From NCBI GenBank assembly GCA_964016885.1, contig OZ024741.1, forward strand, positions 12,400,001 to 12,464,000: a stretch of 64,000 bases of DNA. The letters are read 5' to 3'. A model generated the notes under the pieces. That model did no database searches. It worked only from the letters and a program-made list of their open reading frames with translations, and was not told the origin of the DNA. Source of the DNA: Eledone cirrhosa (Eukaryota). Shown here one piece after another: positions 10,831 to 24,500 of this stretch. Within the stretch, counting starts at the first letter, position 1; every line of letters starts with the position of its first letter. The position numbers and the translations under genes are program-made.

Positions 10831-13800
10831 TATGACTGTAGGTTTCAGTTAGATATAGTAGTTTGGGGAGGTATATGACTGTTGGTTTCAGTTAGATATA
10901 GTAGTTTGGGGAGGTATATGACTGTTGGTTTCAGTTAGATATAGTAGTTTGGGGAGGTATATGACTGTAGGTTTCAGTTAGATATAGTAGTTTGGGGAGG
11001 TATATGACTGTTGGTTTCAGTTAGATATAGTAGTTTGGGGAGGTATATGACTGTTCGTTTCAGTTTGACATAGTAGTTTAGGGAGGTATATGACTGTTGG
11101 TTTCAGTTAGATATAGTAGTTTGGGGAGGTATATGACTGTAGGTTTCAGTTAGATATAGTAGTTTGGGGAGGTATATGACTGTTCGTTTCAGTTTGACAT
11201 AGTAGTTTGGGGAGGTATATGACTGTTGGTTTCAGTTAGATTTAGTAGTTTGGGGAGGTATATGACTGTAGGTTTCAGTTAGATATAGTAGTTTGGGGAG
11301 GTATATGATTGTTGGTTTTAGTTTGAGATAGGAGTTTGGGGAGGTATATGATTGTTGGTTTCAATTTGATATAGTAGTTTGGGAAGGTATATGACTGTTG
11401 GTTTCAGTTGATATAGTAGTTTGGGGAGGTATATGACTGTTGGTTTCAGTTAGACATAGTAGTTTGGGGAGGTATATAACTGTTGGTTTCAGTTAGATAT
11501 AGTAGTTTGGGGAGGTATATGACTGTTGGTTTCAGTTAGATATAGTAGTTTGGGGAGGTATATGTCTGTTGGTTTCAGTTGATATAGTAGTTTGGGGAGG
11601 TATATGACTGTTGGTTTCAGTTAGATATAGTAGTTTGGGGAGGTATATGACTGTTGGTTTCAGTTAGATATAGTAGTTTGGGGAGGTATATGACTGTTGG
11701 TTTCAGTTAGATATAGTAGTTTGGGGAGTTATATGATTGTTGGTTTCAGTTTGATATAGTAGTTCGGGGAGGTATATGACCGTTGGTTTCAATTAGATAT
11801 AGTAGTTTGGGAGGTATATGACTGTTGGTTTAAGTTTGATATAGTAGTTTGGGGAGGTATATGATTGTAGGTTTCAGTTAGATATAGTAGTTTGGGGAGG
11901 TATATGACTGTAGGTTTCAGTTTGATATAGTAGTTTGGGGAGGTATATGACTGTTGGTTTCAGTTAGATATAGTAGTTTGGGGAGGTATATGACTGTTGG
12001 TTTATGTTTGATATAGTAGTTTGGGAGGTATATGACTGTTGGTTTCAGTTTGATATAGTAGTTTGGGGAGGTATATGACTGTAGGTTTCAGTTTGATATA
12101 GTAGTTTGAGGAGGTATATGACTGTTGGTTTCAGTTAGATATAGTAGTTTGGGGAGGTATATGACTGTTGGTTTCAGTTAGATATAGTAGTTTGGGGAGG
12201 TATATGACTGTTGGTTTCAGTTAGGTATAGTAGTTTGGGGAGGTATATGACTGTAGGTTTCAGTTAGATATAGTAGTTTGGGGAGGTATATGACTGTAGG
12301 TTTCAGTTAGATATAGTAGTTTGGGGAGGTATATGACTGTTGGTTTCAGTTAGATATAGTAGTTTGGGGAGGTATATGACTGTTGGTTTCAGTTAGATAT
12401 AGTAGTTTGTTGGTGGTATATGACTGTTCGTTTCAGTTTGACATAGTAGTTTGGGGAGGTATATGACTGTTGGTTTCAGTTAGATTTAGTAGTTTGGGGA
12501 GGTATATGACTGTAGGTTTCAGTTAGATATAGTAGTTTGGGGAGGTATATGACTGTTGGTTTTAGTTTGTTATAGTTGTTTGGGGAGGTATATGACTGTT
12601 GGTTTCAATTTGATATAGTAGTTTGGGGAGGTATATGCCTGTTGGTTTCAGTTGATATAGTAGTTTGGGGAGGTATATGACTGTTGGTTTCAGTTAGATA
12701 TAGTAGTTTGGGGAGGTATATGACTGTTGGTTTCAGTTAGATATAGTAGTTTGGGGAGGTATATGACTGTTGGTTTCAGTTAGATAGAGTAGTTTGGGGA
12801 GGTATATGACTGTAGGTTTCAGTTAGATATAGTAGTTTGGGGAGGTATATGACTGTAGGTTTCAGTTAGATATAGTAGTTTGGGAGGTATATGACTGTTG
12901 GTTTCAGTTTGATATAGTAGTTTGGGAGATATATGACTGTTGGTTTCAGTTATATATAGTAGTTTGGGGAGGTATATGACTGTTGGTTTCAGTTAGATAT
13001 ATTAGTTGGGGAGGGATATGATTGTTGGTTTCAGTTTGATATAGTAGTTTGGGGAGGTATATGTCTGTTGGTTTCAGTTTGATATAGTAGTTTGGGGAGG
13101 TATATGACCGTTGGTTTCAGTTTGATATAGGAGTTTGGGGAGGTATATGACTGTTCGTTTCAGTTTGACATAGTAGTTTGGGGTGGTATATGACTGTTGG
13201 TTTCAATTTGATATAGTAGTTTGGGGAGGTATATGCCTGTTGGTTTCAGTTGATATAGCAGTTTGGGGAGGTATATGACTGTTGGTTTCAGTTAGATATA
13301 GTAGTTTGGGGAGGTATATGACTGTTGGTTTCAGTTAGATATAGTAGTTGGGGGAGGTATATGACTGTTGGTTTCAGTTAGATAGAGCAGTTTGGGGAGG
13401 TATATGACTGTAGGTTTCAGTTAGATATAGTAGTTTGGGGAGGTATATGACTGTAGCTTTCAGTTAGATATAGTAGTTTGGGAGGTATATGACTGTTGGT
13501 TTCAGTTTGATATAGTAGTTTGGGGAGGTATATGACTGTTGGTTTCAGTTTGATATAGTAGTTTGGGGAGGTATATGACTGTTGGTTTCAGTTAGATATA
13601 GTAGTTTGGGGAGGTATATGACTGTTGGTTTCAGTTTGATATAGTAGTTAGGGGAGGTATATGACAGTTGCTTTCAGTTAGATATAGTAGTTTGGGGAGG
13701 TATATGACTGTTGGTTTCAGTTAGATATAGTAGTCTGGGGAGGTATATGACTGTTGGTTTCAGTTAGATATAGTAGTTTGGGGAGGTATATGACTGTTGG

Positions 13801-16800
13801 TTTCAGTTAGAAATATTAGTTGGGGAGGTATATGATTGTTGGTTTCAGTTAGATATAGTAGTTTGTGGAGGTATATGACTGTTGGTTTCAGTTTGATATA
13901 GTAGTTTGGGGAGGTATATGTCTGTTGGTTTCAGTTTGATATAGTAGTTTGGGGAGGTATATGACCGTTGGTTTCAGTTTGATATAGGAGTTTGGGGAGG
14001 TATATGACTGTTGGTTTCAGTTATATATAGTAGTTTGGGGAGGTATATGACTGTTGGATTCAGTTGATATAGTAGTTTGGGGAGGTATATGACTGTTGAT
14101 TTCAGTTATATATATTAGTTTGGGGAGGTATATGTCTGTTGGTTTCAGTTTGATATAGTAGTTTGGGGAGGTATATGACTGTTGGTTTCAGTTTGATATA
14201 GTAGTTTGGGAGGTATATGACTGTTGGTTTCAGTTTGATATAGTCGTTTGGGGAGGTATATGACTGTTGGTTTCAGTTTTATATAGTAGTTTGGGGAGGT
14301 ATATGACTGTTGGTTTCAGTTAGATATAGTAGTTTGGGGAGGTATATGACTGTTGGTTTCAGTTAGATATAGTAGTTTGGGGAGGTATATGTCTGTTGGT
14401 TTCAGTTGATATAGTAGTTTGGGGAGGTATATGACTGTTGGTTTAAGTTTGATATAGTAGTTTGGGGAGGTATATGACTGTTGGTTTCAGTTAGATATAG
14501 CAGTTTGGGGAGGTATATGACTGTTGGTTTCAGTTAGATATAGTAGTTTGGGGAGGTATATGACTGTTGGTTTCAGTTAGATATAGTAGTTTGGGGAGTT
14601 ATATGATTGTTGGTTTCAGTTTGATATAGTAGTTCGGGGAGGTATATGACCGTTGGTTTCAATTAGATATAGTAGTTTGGGAGGTATATGACTGTTGGTT
14701 TAAGTTTGATATAGTAGTTTGGGGAGGTATATGACTGTAGCTTTCAGTTAGATATAGTAGTTTGGGAGGTATATGACTGTTGGTTTCAGTTTGATATAGT
14801 AGTTTGGGGAGGTATATGACTGTTGGTTTCAGTTTGATATAGTAGTTTGGGGAGGTATATGACTGTTGGTTTCAGTTAGATATAGTAGTTTGGGGAGGTA
14901 TATGACTGTTGGTTTCAGTTTGATATAGTAGTTAGGGGAGGTATATGACAGTTGCTTTCAGTTAGATATAGTAGTTTGGGGAGGTATATGACTGTTGGTT
15001 TCAGTTAGATATAGTAGTCTGAGGAGAAATATGACTGTTGGTTTCAGTTAGATATAGTAGTTTTGGGAGGTATATGACTGTTGGTTTCAGTTAGAAATAT
15101 TAGTTGGGGAGGTATATGATTGTTGGTTTCAGTTAGATATAGTAGTTTGTGGAGGTATATGACTGTTGGTTTCAGTTTGATATAGTAGTTTGGGGAGGTA
15201 TATGTCTGTTGGTTTCAGTTTGATATAGTAGTTTGGGGAGGTATATGACCGTTGGTTTCAGTTTGATATAGGAGTTTGGGGAGGTATATGACTGTTGGTT
15301 TCAGTTATATATAGTAGTTTGGGGAGGTATATGACTGTTGGATTCAGTTGATATAGTAGTTTGGTGAGGTATATGTCTGTTGGTTTCAGTTGATATAGTA
15401 GTTTGGGGAGGTATATGACTGTTGGTTTAAGTTTGATATAGTAGTTTGGGGAGGTATATGACTGTTGGTTTCAGTTAGATATAGTAGTTTGGGGAGGTAT
15501 ATGACTGTTGGTTTCAGTTAGATATAGTAGTTTGGGGAGGTATATGACTGTTGGTTTCAGTTAGATATAGTAGTTTGGGGAGTTATATGATTGTTGGTTT
15601 CAGTTTGATATAGTAGTTCGGGGAGGTATATGACCGTTGGTTTCAATTAGATATAGTAGTTTGGGAGGTATATGACTGTTGGTTTAAGTTTGATATAGTA
15701 GTTTGGGGAGGTATATGATTGTAGGTTTCAGTTAGATATAGTAGTTTGGGGAGGTATATGACTGTAGGTTTCAGTTAGATATAGTAGTTTGGGGAGGTAT
15801 ATGACTGTTGGTTTCAGTTAGATATAGTAGTTTGGGGAGGTATATGACTGTTGGTTTCAGTTAGATATAGTAGTTTGGGGTGGTATATGACTGTTCGTTT
15901 CAGTTAGATTTAGTAGTTTGGGGAGGTATATGACTGAAGGTTTCAGTTAGATATAGTAGTTTGGGGAGGTATATGACTGTTGGTTTTAGTTTGTTATAGT
16001 TGTTTGGGGAGGTATATGACTGTTGGTTTCAATTTGATATAGTAGTTTGGGGAGGTATATGCCTGTTGGTTTCAGTTGATATAGTAGTTTGGGGAGGTAT
16101 ATGACTGTTGGTTTCAGTTAGATATAGTAGTTTGGGGAGGTATATGACTGTTGGTTTCAGTTAGATATAGTAGTTTGGGGAGGTATATGACTGTTGGTTT
16201 CAGTTGATATAGTAGTTTGGGGAGGTATATGACTGTTGGTTTCAGTTAGATATAGTAGTTTGGGGAGGTATATGACTGTTGGTTTCAGTTAGATATAGTA
16301 GTTTGGGGAGGTATATGACTGTTGGTTTCAGTTAGATAGAGTAGTTTGGGGAGGTATATGACTGTAGGTTTCAGTTAGATATAGTAGTTTGGGGAGGTAT
16401 ATGACTGTAGGTTTCAGTTAGATATAGTAGTTTGGGAGGTATATGACTGTTGGTTTCAGTTTCATATAGTAGTTACGGGAGGTATATGACAGTTGCTTTC
16501 AGTTAGATATAGTAGTTTGGGGAGGTATATGACTGTTGGTTTCAGTTAGATATAGTAGTCTGGGGAGGTATATGACTGTTGGTTTCAGTTAGATATAGTA
16601 GTTTGGGGAGGTATATGACTGTTGGTTTCAGTTAGATATATTAGTTGGGGAGGGATATGATTGTTGGTTTCAGTTTGATATAGTAGTTTGGGGAGGTATA
16701 TGTCTGTTGGTTTCAGTTTGATATAGTAGTTTGGGGAGGTATATGACCGTTGGTTTCAGTTTGATATAGGAGTTTGGGGAGGTATATGACTGTTGGTTTC

Positions 16801-19800
16801 AGTTATATATAGTAGTTTAGGGAGGTATATGACTGTTGGTTTCAGTTAGATATAGTAGTTTGGGGAGGTATATGACTGTTCGTTTCAGTTTGACATAGTA
16901 GTTTGGGGTGGTATATGACTGTTGGTTTCAATTTGATATAGTAGTTTGGGGAGGTATATGCCTGTTCGTTTCAGTTGATATAGCAGTTTGGGGAGGTATA
17001 TGACTGTTGGTTTCAGTTAGATATAGTAGTTTGGGGAGGTATATGACTGTTGGTTTCAGTTAGATATAGTAGTTGAGGGAGGTATATGACTGTTGGTTTC
17101 AGTTAGATAGAGTAGTTTGGGGAGGTATATGACTGTAGGTTTCAGTTAGATATAGTAGTTTGGGGAGGTATGACTGTAGCTTTCAGTTAGATATAGTAGT
17201 TTGGGAGGTATATGACTGTTGGTTTCAGTTTGATATAGTAGTTTGGGGAGGTATATGACTGTTGGTTTCAGTTTGATATAGTAGTTTGGGGAGGTATATG
17301 ACTGTTGGTTTCAGTTAGATATAGTAGTTTGGGGAGGTATATGACTGTTGGTTTCAGTTTGATATAGTAGTTAGGGGAGGTATATGACAGTTGCTTTCAG
17401 TTAGATATAGTAGTTTGGGGAGGTATATGACTGTTGGTTTCAGTTAGATATAGTAGTCTGGGGAGGTATATGACTGTTGGTTTCAGTTAGATATAGTAGT
17501 TTGGGGAGGTATATGACTGTTGGTTTCAGTTAGAAATATTAGTTGGGGAGGTATATGATTGTTGGTTTCAGTTAGATATAGTAGTTTGTGGAGGTATATG
17601 ACTGTTGGTTTCAGTTTGATATAGTAGTTTGGGGAGGTATATGTCTGTTGGTTTCAGTTTGATATAGTAGTTTGGGGAGGTATATGACCGTTGGTTTCAG
17701 TTTGATATAGGAGTTTGCGGAGGTATATGACTGTTGGTTTCAGTTATATATAGTAGTTTGGGGAGGTATATGACTGTTGGATTCAGTTGATATAGTAGTT
17801 TGGGGAGGTATATGACTGTTGATTTCAGTTATATATATTAGTTTGGGGAGGTATATGTCTGTTGGTTTCAGTTTGATATAGTAGTTTGGGGAGGTATATG
17901 ACTGTTGGTTTCAGTTTGATATAGTAGTTTGGGAGGTATATGACTGTTGGTTTCAGTTTGATATAGTCGTTTGGGGAGGTATATGACTGTTGGTTTCAGT
18001 TTTATATAGTAGTTTGGGGAGGTATATGACTGTTGGTTTCAGTTAGATATAGTAGTTTGGGGAGGTATATGACTGTTGGTTTCAGTTAGATATAGTAGTT
18101 TGGGGAGGTATATGTCTGTTGGTTTCAGTTGATATAGTAGTTTGGGGAGGTATATGACTGTTGGTTTAAGTTTGATATAGTAGTTTGGGGAGGTATATGA
18201 CTGTTGGTTTCAGTTAGATATAGCAGTTTGGGGAGGTATATGACTGTTGGTTTCAGTTAGATATAGTAGTTTGGGGAGGTATATGACTGTTGGTTTCAGT
18301 TAGATATAGTAGTTTGGGGAGTTATATGATTGTTGGTTTCAGTTTGATATAGTAGTTCGGGGAGGTATATGACCGTTGGTTTCAATTAGATATAGTAGTT
18401 TGGGAGGTATATGACTGTTGGTTTAAGTTTGATATAGTAGTTTGGGGAGGTATATGACTGTAGCTTTCAGTTAGATATAGTAGTTTGGTAGGTATATGAC
18501 TGTTGGTTTCAGTTTGATATAGTAGTTTGGGGAGGTATATGACTGTTGGTTTCAGTTTGATATAGTAGTTTGGGGAGGTATATGACTGTTGGTTTCAGTT
18601 AGATATAGTAGTTTGGGGAGGTATATGACTGTTGGTTTCAGTTTGATATAGTAGTTAGGGGAGGTATATGACAGTTGCTTTCAGTTAGATATAGTAGTTT
18701 GGGGAGGTATATGACTGTTGGTTTCAGTTAGATATAGTAGTCTGGGGAGGTATATGACTGTTGGTTTCAGTTAGATATAGTAGTTTTGGGAGGTATATGA
18801 CTGTTGGTTTCAGTTAGAAATATTAGTTGGGGAGGTATATGATTGTTGGTTTCAGTTAGATATAGTAGTTTGTGGAGGTATATGACTGTTGGTTTCAGTT
18901 TGATATAGTAGTTTGGGGAGGTATATGTCTGTTGGTTTCAGTTTGATATAGTAGTTTGGGGAGGTATATGACCGTTGGTTTCAGTTTGATATAGGAGTTT
19001 GGGGACCTATATGACTGTTGGTTTCAGTTTGATATAGTAGTTACGGGAGGTATATGACAGTTGCTTTCAGTTAGATATAGTAGTTTGGGGAGGTATATGA
19101 CTGTTGGTTTCAGTTAGATATAGTAGTCTGGGGAGGTATATGACTGTTGGTTTCAGTTAGATATAGTAGTTTGGGGAGGTATATGACTGTTGGTTTCAGT
19201 TAGATATAGTAGTCTGGGGAGGTATATGACTGTTGGTTTCAGTTAGATATAGTAGTTTGGGGAGGTATATGACTGTAGGTTTCAGTTAGATATAGTAGTT
19301 TGGGAGGTATATGACTGTTGGTTTCAGTTTGATATAGTAGTTTGGGAGATATATGACTGTAGGTTTCAGTTTGATATAGTAGTTTGGGGAGGTATATGAC
19401 TGTTGGTTACAGTTTGATATAGTAGTTTGGGGAGGTATATGACTGTTGGTTTCAGTTAGATATAGTAGTTTGGGGAGGTATATGACTGTTGGTTTCAGTT
19501 TGATATAGTAGTTTGGGGAGGTATATGACAGTTGCTTTCAGTTAGATATAGTAGTTTGGGGAGGTATATGACTGTTGGTTTCAGTTAGATATAGTAGTCT
19601 GGGGAGGTATATGACTGTTGGTTTCAGTTAGATATAGTAGTTTGGAGAGGTATATGACTGTTGGTTTCAGTTAGATATATTAGTTGGGGAGGGATATGAT
19701 TGTTGGTTTCAGTTTGATATAGTAGTTTGGGGAGGTATATGTCTGTTGGTTTCAGTTTGATATAGTAGTTTGGGGAGGTATATGACCGTTGGTTTCAGTT

Positions 19801-21596
19801 TGATATAGGAGTTTGGGGAGGTATATGACTGTTGGTTTCAGTTATATATAGTAGTTTAGGGAGGTATATGACTGTTGGTTTCAGTTAGATATAGTAGTTT
19901 GGGGAGGTATATGACTGTTCGTTTCAGTTTGACGTAGTAGTTTGGGGTGGTATATGACTGTTGGTTTCAATTTGATATAGTAGTTTGGGGAGGTATATGC
20001 CTGTTGGTTTCAGTTGATATAGCAGTTTGGGGAGGTATATGACTGTTGGTTTCAGTTAGATATAGTAGTTTGGGGAGGTATATGACTGTTGGTTTCAGTT
20101 AGATATAGTAGTTGGGGGAGGTATATGACTGTTGGTTTCAGTTAGATAGAGTAGTTTGGGGAGGTATATGACTGTAGGTTTCAGTTAGATATAGTAGTTT
20201 GGGGAGGTATGACTGTAGCTTTCAGTTAGATATAGTAGTTTGGGAGGTATATGACTGTTGGTTTCAGTTTGATATAGTAGTTTGGGGAGGTATATGACTG
20301 TTGGTTTCAGTTTGATATAGTAGTTTGGGGAGGTATATGACTGTTGGTTTCAGTTAGATATAGTAGTTTGGGGAGGTATATGACAGTTGCTTTCAGTTAG
20401 ATATAGTAGTTTGGGGAGGTATATGACTGTTGGTTTCAGTTAGATATAGTAGTCTGGGGAGGTATATGACTGTTGGTTTCAGTTAGATATAGTAGTTTGG
20501 GGAGGTATATGACTGTTGGTTTCAGTTAGAAATATTAGTTGGGGAGGTATATGATTGTTGGTTTCAGTTAGATATAGTAGTTTGTGGAGGTATATGACTG
20601 TTGGTTTCAGTTTGATATAGTAGTTTGGGGAGGTATATGTCTGTTGGTTTCAGTTTGATATAGTAGTTTGGGGAGGTATATGACCGTTGGTTTCAGTTTG
20701 ATATAGGAGTTTGGGGAGGTATATGACTGTTGGTTTCAGTTATATATAGTAGTTTGGGGAGGTATATGACTGTTGGATTCAGTTGATATAGTAGTTTGGG
20801 GAGGTATATGACTGTTGATTTCAGTTATATATATTAGTTTGGGGAGGTATATGTCTGTTGGTTTCAGTTTGATATAGTAGTTTGGGGAGGTATATGACTG
20901 TTGGTTTCAGTTTGATATAGTAGTTTGGGAGGTATATGACTGTTGGTTTCAGTTTGATATAGTCGTTTGGGGAGGTATATGACTGTTGGTTTCAGTTTTA
21001 TATATTAGTTTGGGGAGGTATATGACTGTTGGTTTCAGTTAGATATAGTAGTTTGGGGAGGTATATGACTGTTGTTTCAGTTAGATATAGTAGTTTGGGG
21101 AGGTATATGTCTGTTGGTTTCAGTTGATATAGTAGTTTGGGGAGGTATATGACTGTTGGTTTAAGTTTGATATAGTAGTTTGGGGAGGTATATGACTGTT
21201 GGTTTCAGTTAGATATAGCAGTTTGGGGAGGTATATGACTGTTGGTTTCAGTTAGATATAGTAGTTTGGGGAGGTATATGACTGTTGGTTTCAGTTAGAT
21301 ATAGTAGTTTGGGGAGTTATATGATTGTTGGTTTCAGTTTGATATAGTAGTTCGGGGAGGTATATGACCGTTGGTTTCAATTAGATATAGTAGTTTGGGA
21401 GGTATATGACTGTTGGTTTAAGTTTGATATAGTAGTTTGGGGAGGTATATGACTGTAGCTTTCAGTTAGATATAGTAGTTTGGGAGGTATATGACTGTTG
21501 GTTTCAGTTTGATATAGTAGTTTGGGGAGGTATATGACTGTTGGTTTCAGTTTGATATAGTAGTTTGGGGAGGTATATGACTGTTGGTTTCAGTTA

Positions 21597-24500
21597 GATA
21601 TAGTAGTTTGGGGAGGTATATGACTGTTGGTTTCAGTTTGATATAGTAGTTAGGAGAGGTATATGACAGTTGCTTTCAGTTAGATATAGTAGTTTGGGGA
21701 GGTATATGACTGTTGGTTTCAGTTAGATATAGTAGTCTGGGGAGGTATATGACTGTTGGTTTCAGTTAGATATAGTAGTTTTGGGAGGTATATGACTGTT
21801 GGTTTCAGTTAGAAATATTAGTTGGGGAGGTATATGATTGTTGGTTTCAGTTAGATATAGTAGTTTGTGGAGGTATATGACTGTTGGTTTCAGTTTGATA
21901 TAGTAGTTTGGGGAGGTATATGTCTGTTGGTTTCAGTTTGATATAGTAGTTTGGGGAGGTATATGACCGTTGGTTTCAGTTTGATATAGGAGTTTGGGGA
22001 GGTATATGACTGTTGGTTTCAGTTATATATAGTAGTTTGGGGAGGTATATGACTGTTGGATTCAGTTGATATAGTAGTTTGGGGAGGTATATGACTGTTG
22101 ATTTCAGTTATATATAGTAGTTTGGGGAGGTATATGTCTGTTGGTTTCAGTTTGATATAGTAGTTTGGGGAGGTATATGACTGTTGGTTTCAGTTTGATA
22201 TAGTAGTTTGGGATGTATATGACTGTTGGTTTCAGTTTGATATAGTCGTTTGGGGAGGTATATGACTGTTGGTTTCAGTTTTATATAGTAGTTTGGGGAG
22301 GTATATGACTGTTGGTTTCAGTTAGATATAGTAGTTTGGGGAGGTATATGACTGTTGGTTTCAGTTAGATATAGTAGTTTGGGGAGGTATATGTCTGTTG
22401 GTTTCAGTTGATATAGTAGTTTGGGGAGGTATATGACTGTTGGTTTAAGTTTGATATAGTAGTTCGGGGAGGTATATGACCGTTGGTTTCAATTAGATAT
22501 AGTAGTTTGGGAGGTATATGACTGTTGGTTTAAGTTTGATATAGTAGTTTGGGGAGGTATATGATTGTAGGTTTCAGTTAGATATAGTAGTTTGGGGAGG
22601 TATATGACTGTAGGTTTCAGTTTGATATAGTAGTTTGGGGAGGTATATGACTGTTGGTTTCAGTTAGATATAGTAGTTTGGGGAGGTATATGACTGTTGG
22701 TTTATGTTTGATATAGTAGTTTGGGAGGTATATGACTGTTGGTTTCAGTTTGATATAGTAGTTTGGGGAGGTATATGACTGTAGGTTTCAGTTTGATATA
22801 GTAGTTTGAGGAGGTATATGACTGTTGGTTTCAGTTAGATATAGTAGTTTGGGGAGGTATATGACTGTTGGTTTCAGTTAGATATAGTAGTTTGGGGAGG
22901 TATATGACTGTTGGTTTCAGTTAGGTATAGTAGTTTGGGGAGGTATATGACTGTAGGTTTCAGTTAGATATAGTAGTTTGGGGAGGTATATGACTGTAGG
23001 TTTCTGTTAGATATAGTAGTTTGGGGAGGTATATGACTGTTGGTTTCAGTTAGATATAGTAGTTTGGGGAGGTATATGACTGTTGGTTTCAGTTAGATAT
23101 AGTAGTTTGGGGTGGTATATGACTGTTCGTTTCAGTTAGATTTAGTAGTTTGGGGAGGTATATGACTGTAGGTTTCAGTTAGATATAGTAGTTTGGGGAG
23201 GTATATGACTGTTGGTTTTAGTTTGTTATAGTTGTTTGGGGAGGTATATGACTGTTGGTTTCAATTTGATATAGTAGTTTGGGGAGGTATATGCCTGTTG
23301 GTTTCAGTTGATATAGTAGTTTGGGGAGGTATATGACTGTTGGTTTCACTTAGATATAGTAGTTTGGGGAGGTATATGACTGTTGGTTTCAGTTAGATAT
23401 AGTAGTTTGGGGAGGTATATGACTGTTGGTTTCAGTTAGATAGTGTAGTTTGGGGAGGTATATGACTGTAGGTTTCAGTTAGATAGAGTAGTTTGGGGAG
23501 GTATATGACTGTTGGTTTCAGTTTGATATAGTCGTTTGGGGAGGTATATGACTGTTGGTTTCAGTTTTATATAGTAGTTTGGGGAGGTATATGACTGTTG
23601 GTTTCAGTTAGATATAGTAGTTTGGGGAGGTATATGACTGTAGGTTTCAGTTAGATATAGTAGTTTGGGGAGGTATATGACTGTTCGTTTCAGTTTGACA
23701 TAGTAGTTTAGGGAGGTATATGACTGTTGGTTTCAGTTAGATATAGTAGTTTGGGGAGGTATATGACTGTAGGTTTCAGTTAGATATAGTAGTTTGGGGA
23801 GGTATATGACTGTTCGTTTCAGTTTGACATAGTAGTTTGGGGAGGTATATGACTGTTGGTTTCAGTTAGATTTAGTAGTTTGGGGAGGTATATGACTGTA
23901 GGTTTCAGTTAGATATAGTAGTTTGGGGAGGTATATGACTGTTGGTTTTAGTTTGATATAGGAGTTTGGGGAGGTATATGATTGTAGGTTTCAGTTAGAT
24001 ATAGTAGTTTGGGGAGGTATATGACTGTTGGTTTCAATTTGATATAGTAGTTTGGGGAGGTATATGACTGTTGGTTTCAGTTGATATAGTAGTTTGGGGA
24101 GGTATATGACTGTTGGTTTCAGTTAGACATAGTAGTTTGGGGAGGTATATAACTGTTGGTTTCAGTTAGATATAGTAGTTTGGGGAGGTATATGACTGTT
24201 GGTTTCAGTTAGATATAGTAGTTTGGGGAGGTATATGTCTGCTGGTTTCAGTTGATATAGTAGTTTGGGGAGGTATATGACTGTTGGTTTCAGTTAGATA
24301 TAGTAGTTTGGGGAGGTATATGACTGTTGGTTTCAGTTAGATATAGTAGTTTGGGGAGGTATATGACTGTTGGTTTCAGTTAGATATAGTAGTTTGGGGA
24401 GTTATATGATTGTTGGTTTCAGTTTGATATAGTAGTTCGGGGAGGTATATGACCGTTGGTTTCAATTAGATATAGTAGTTTGGGAGGTATATGACTGTTG

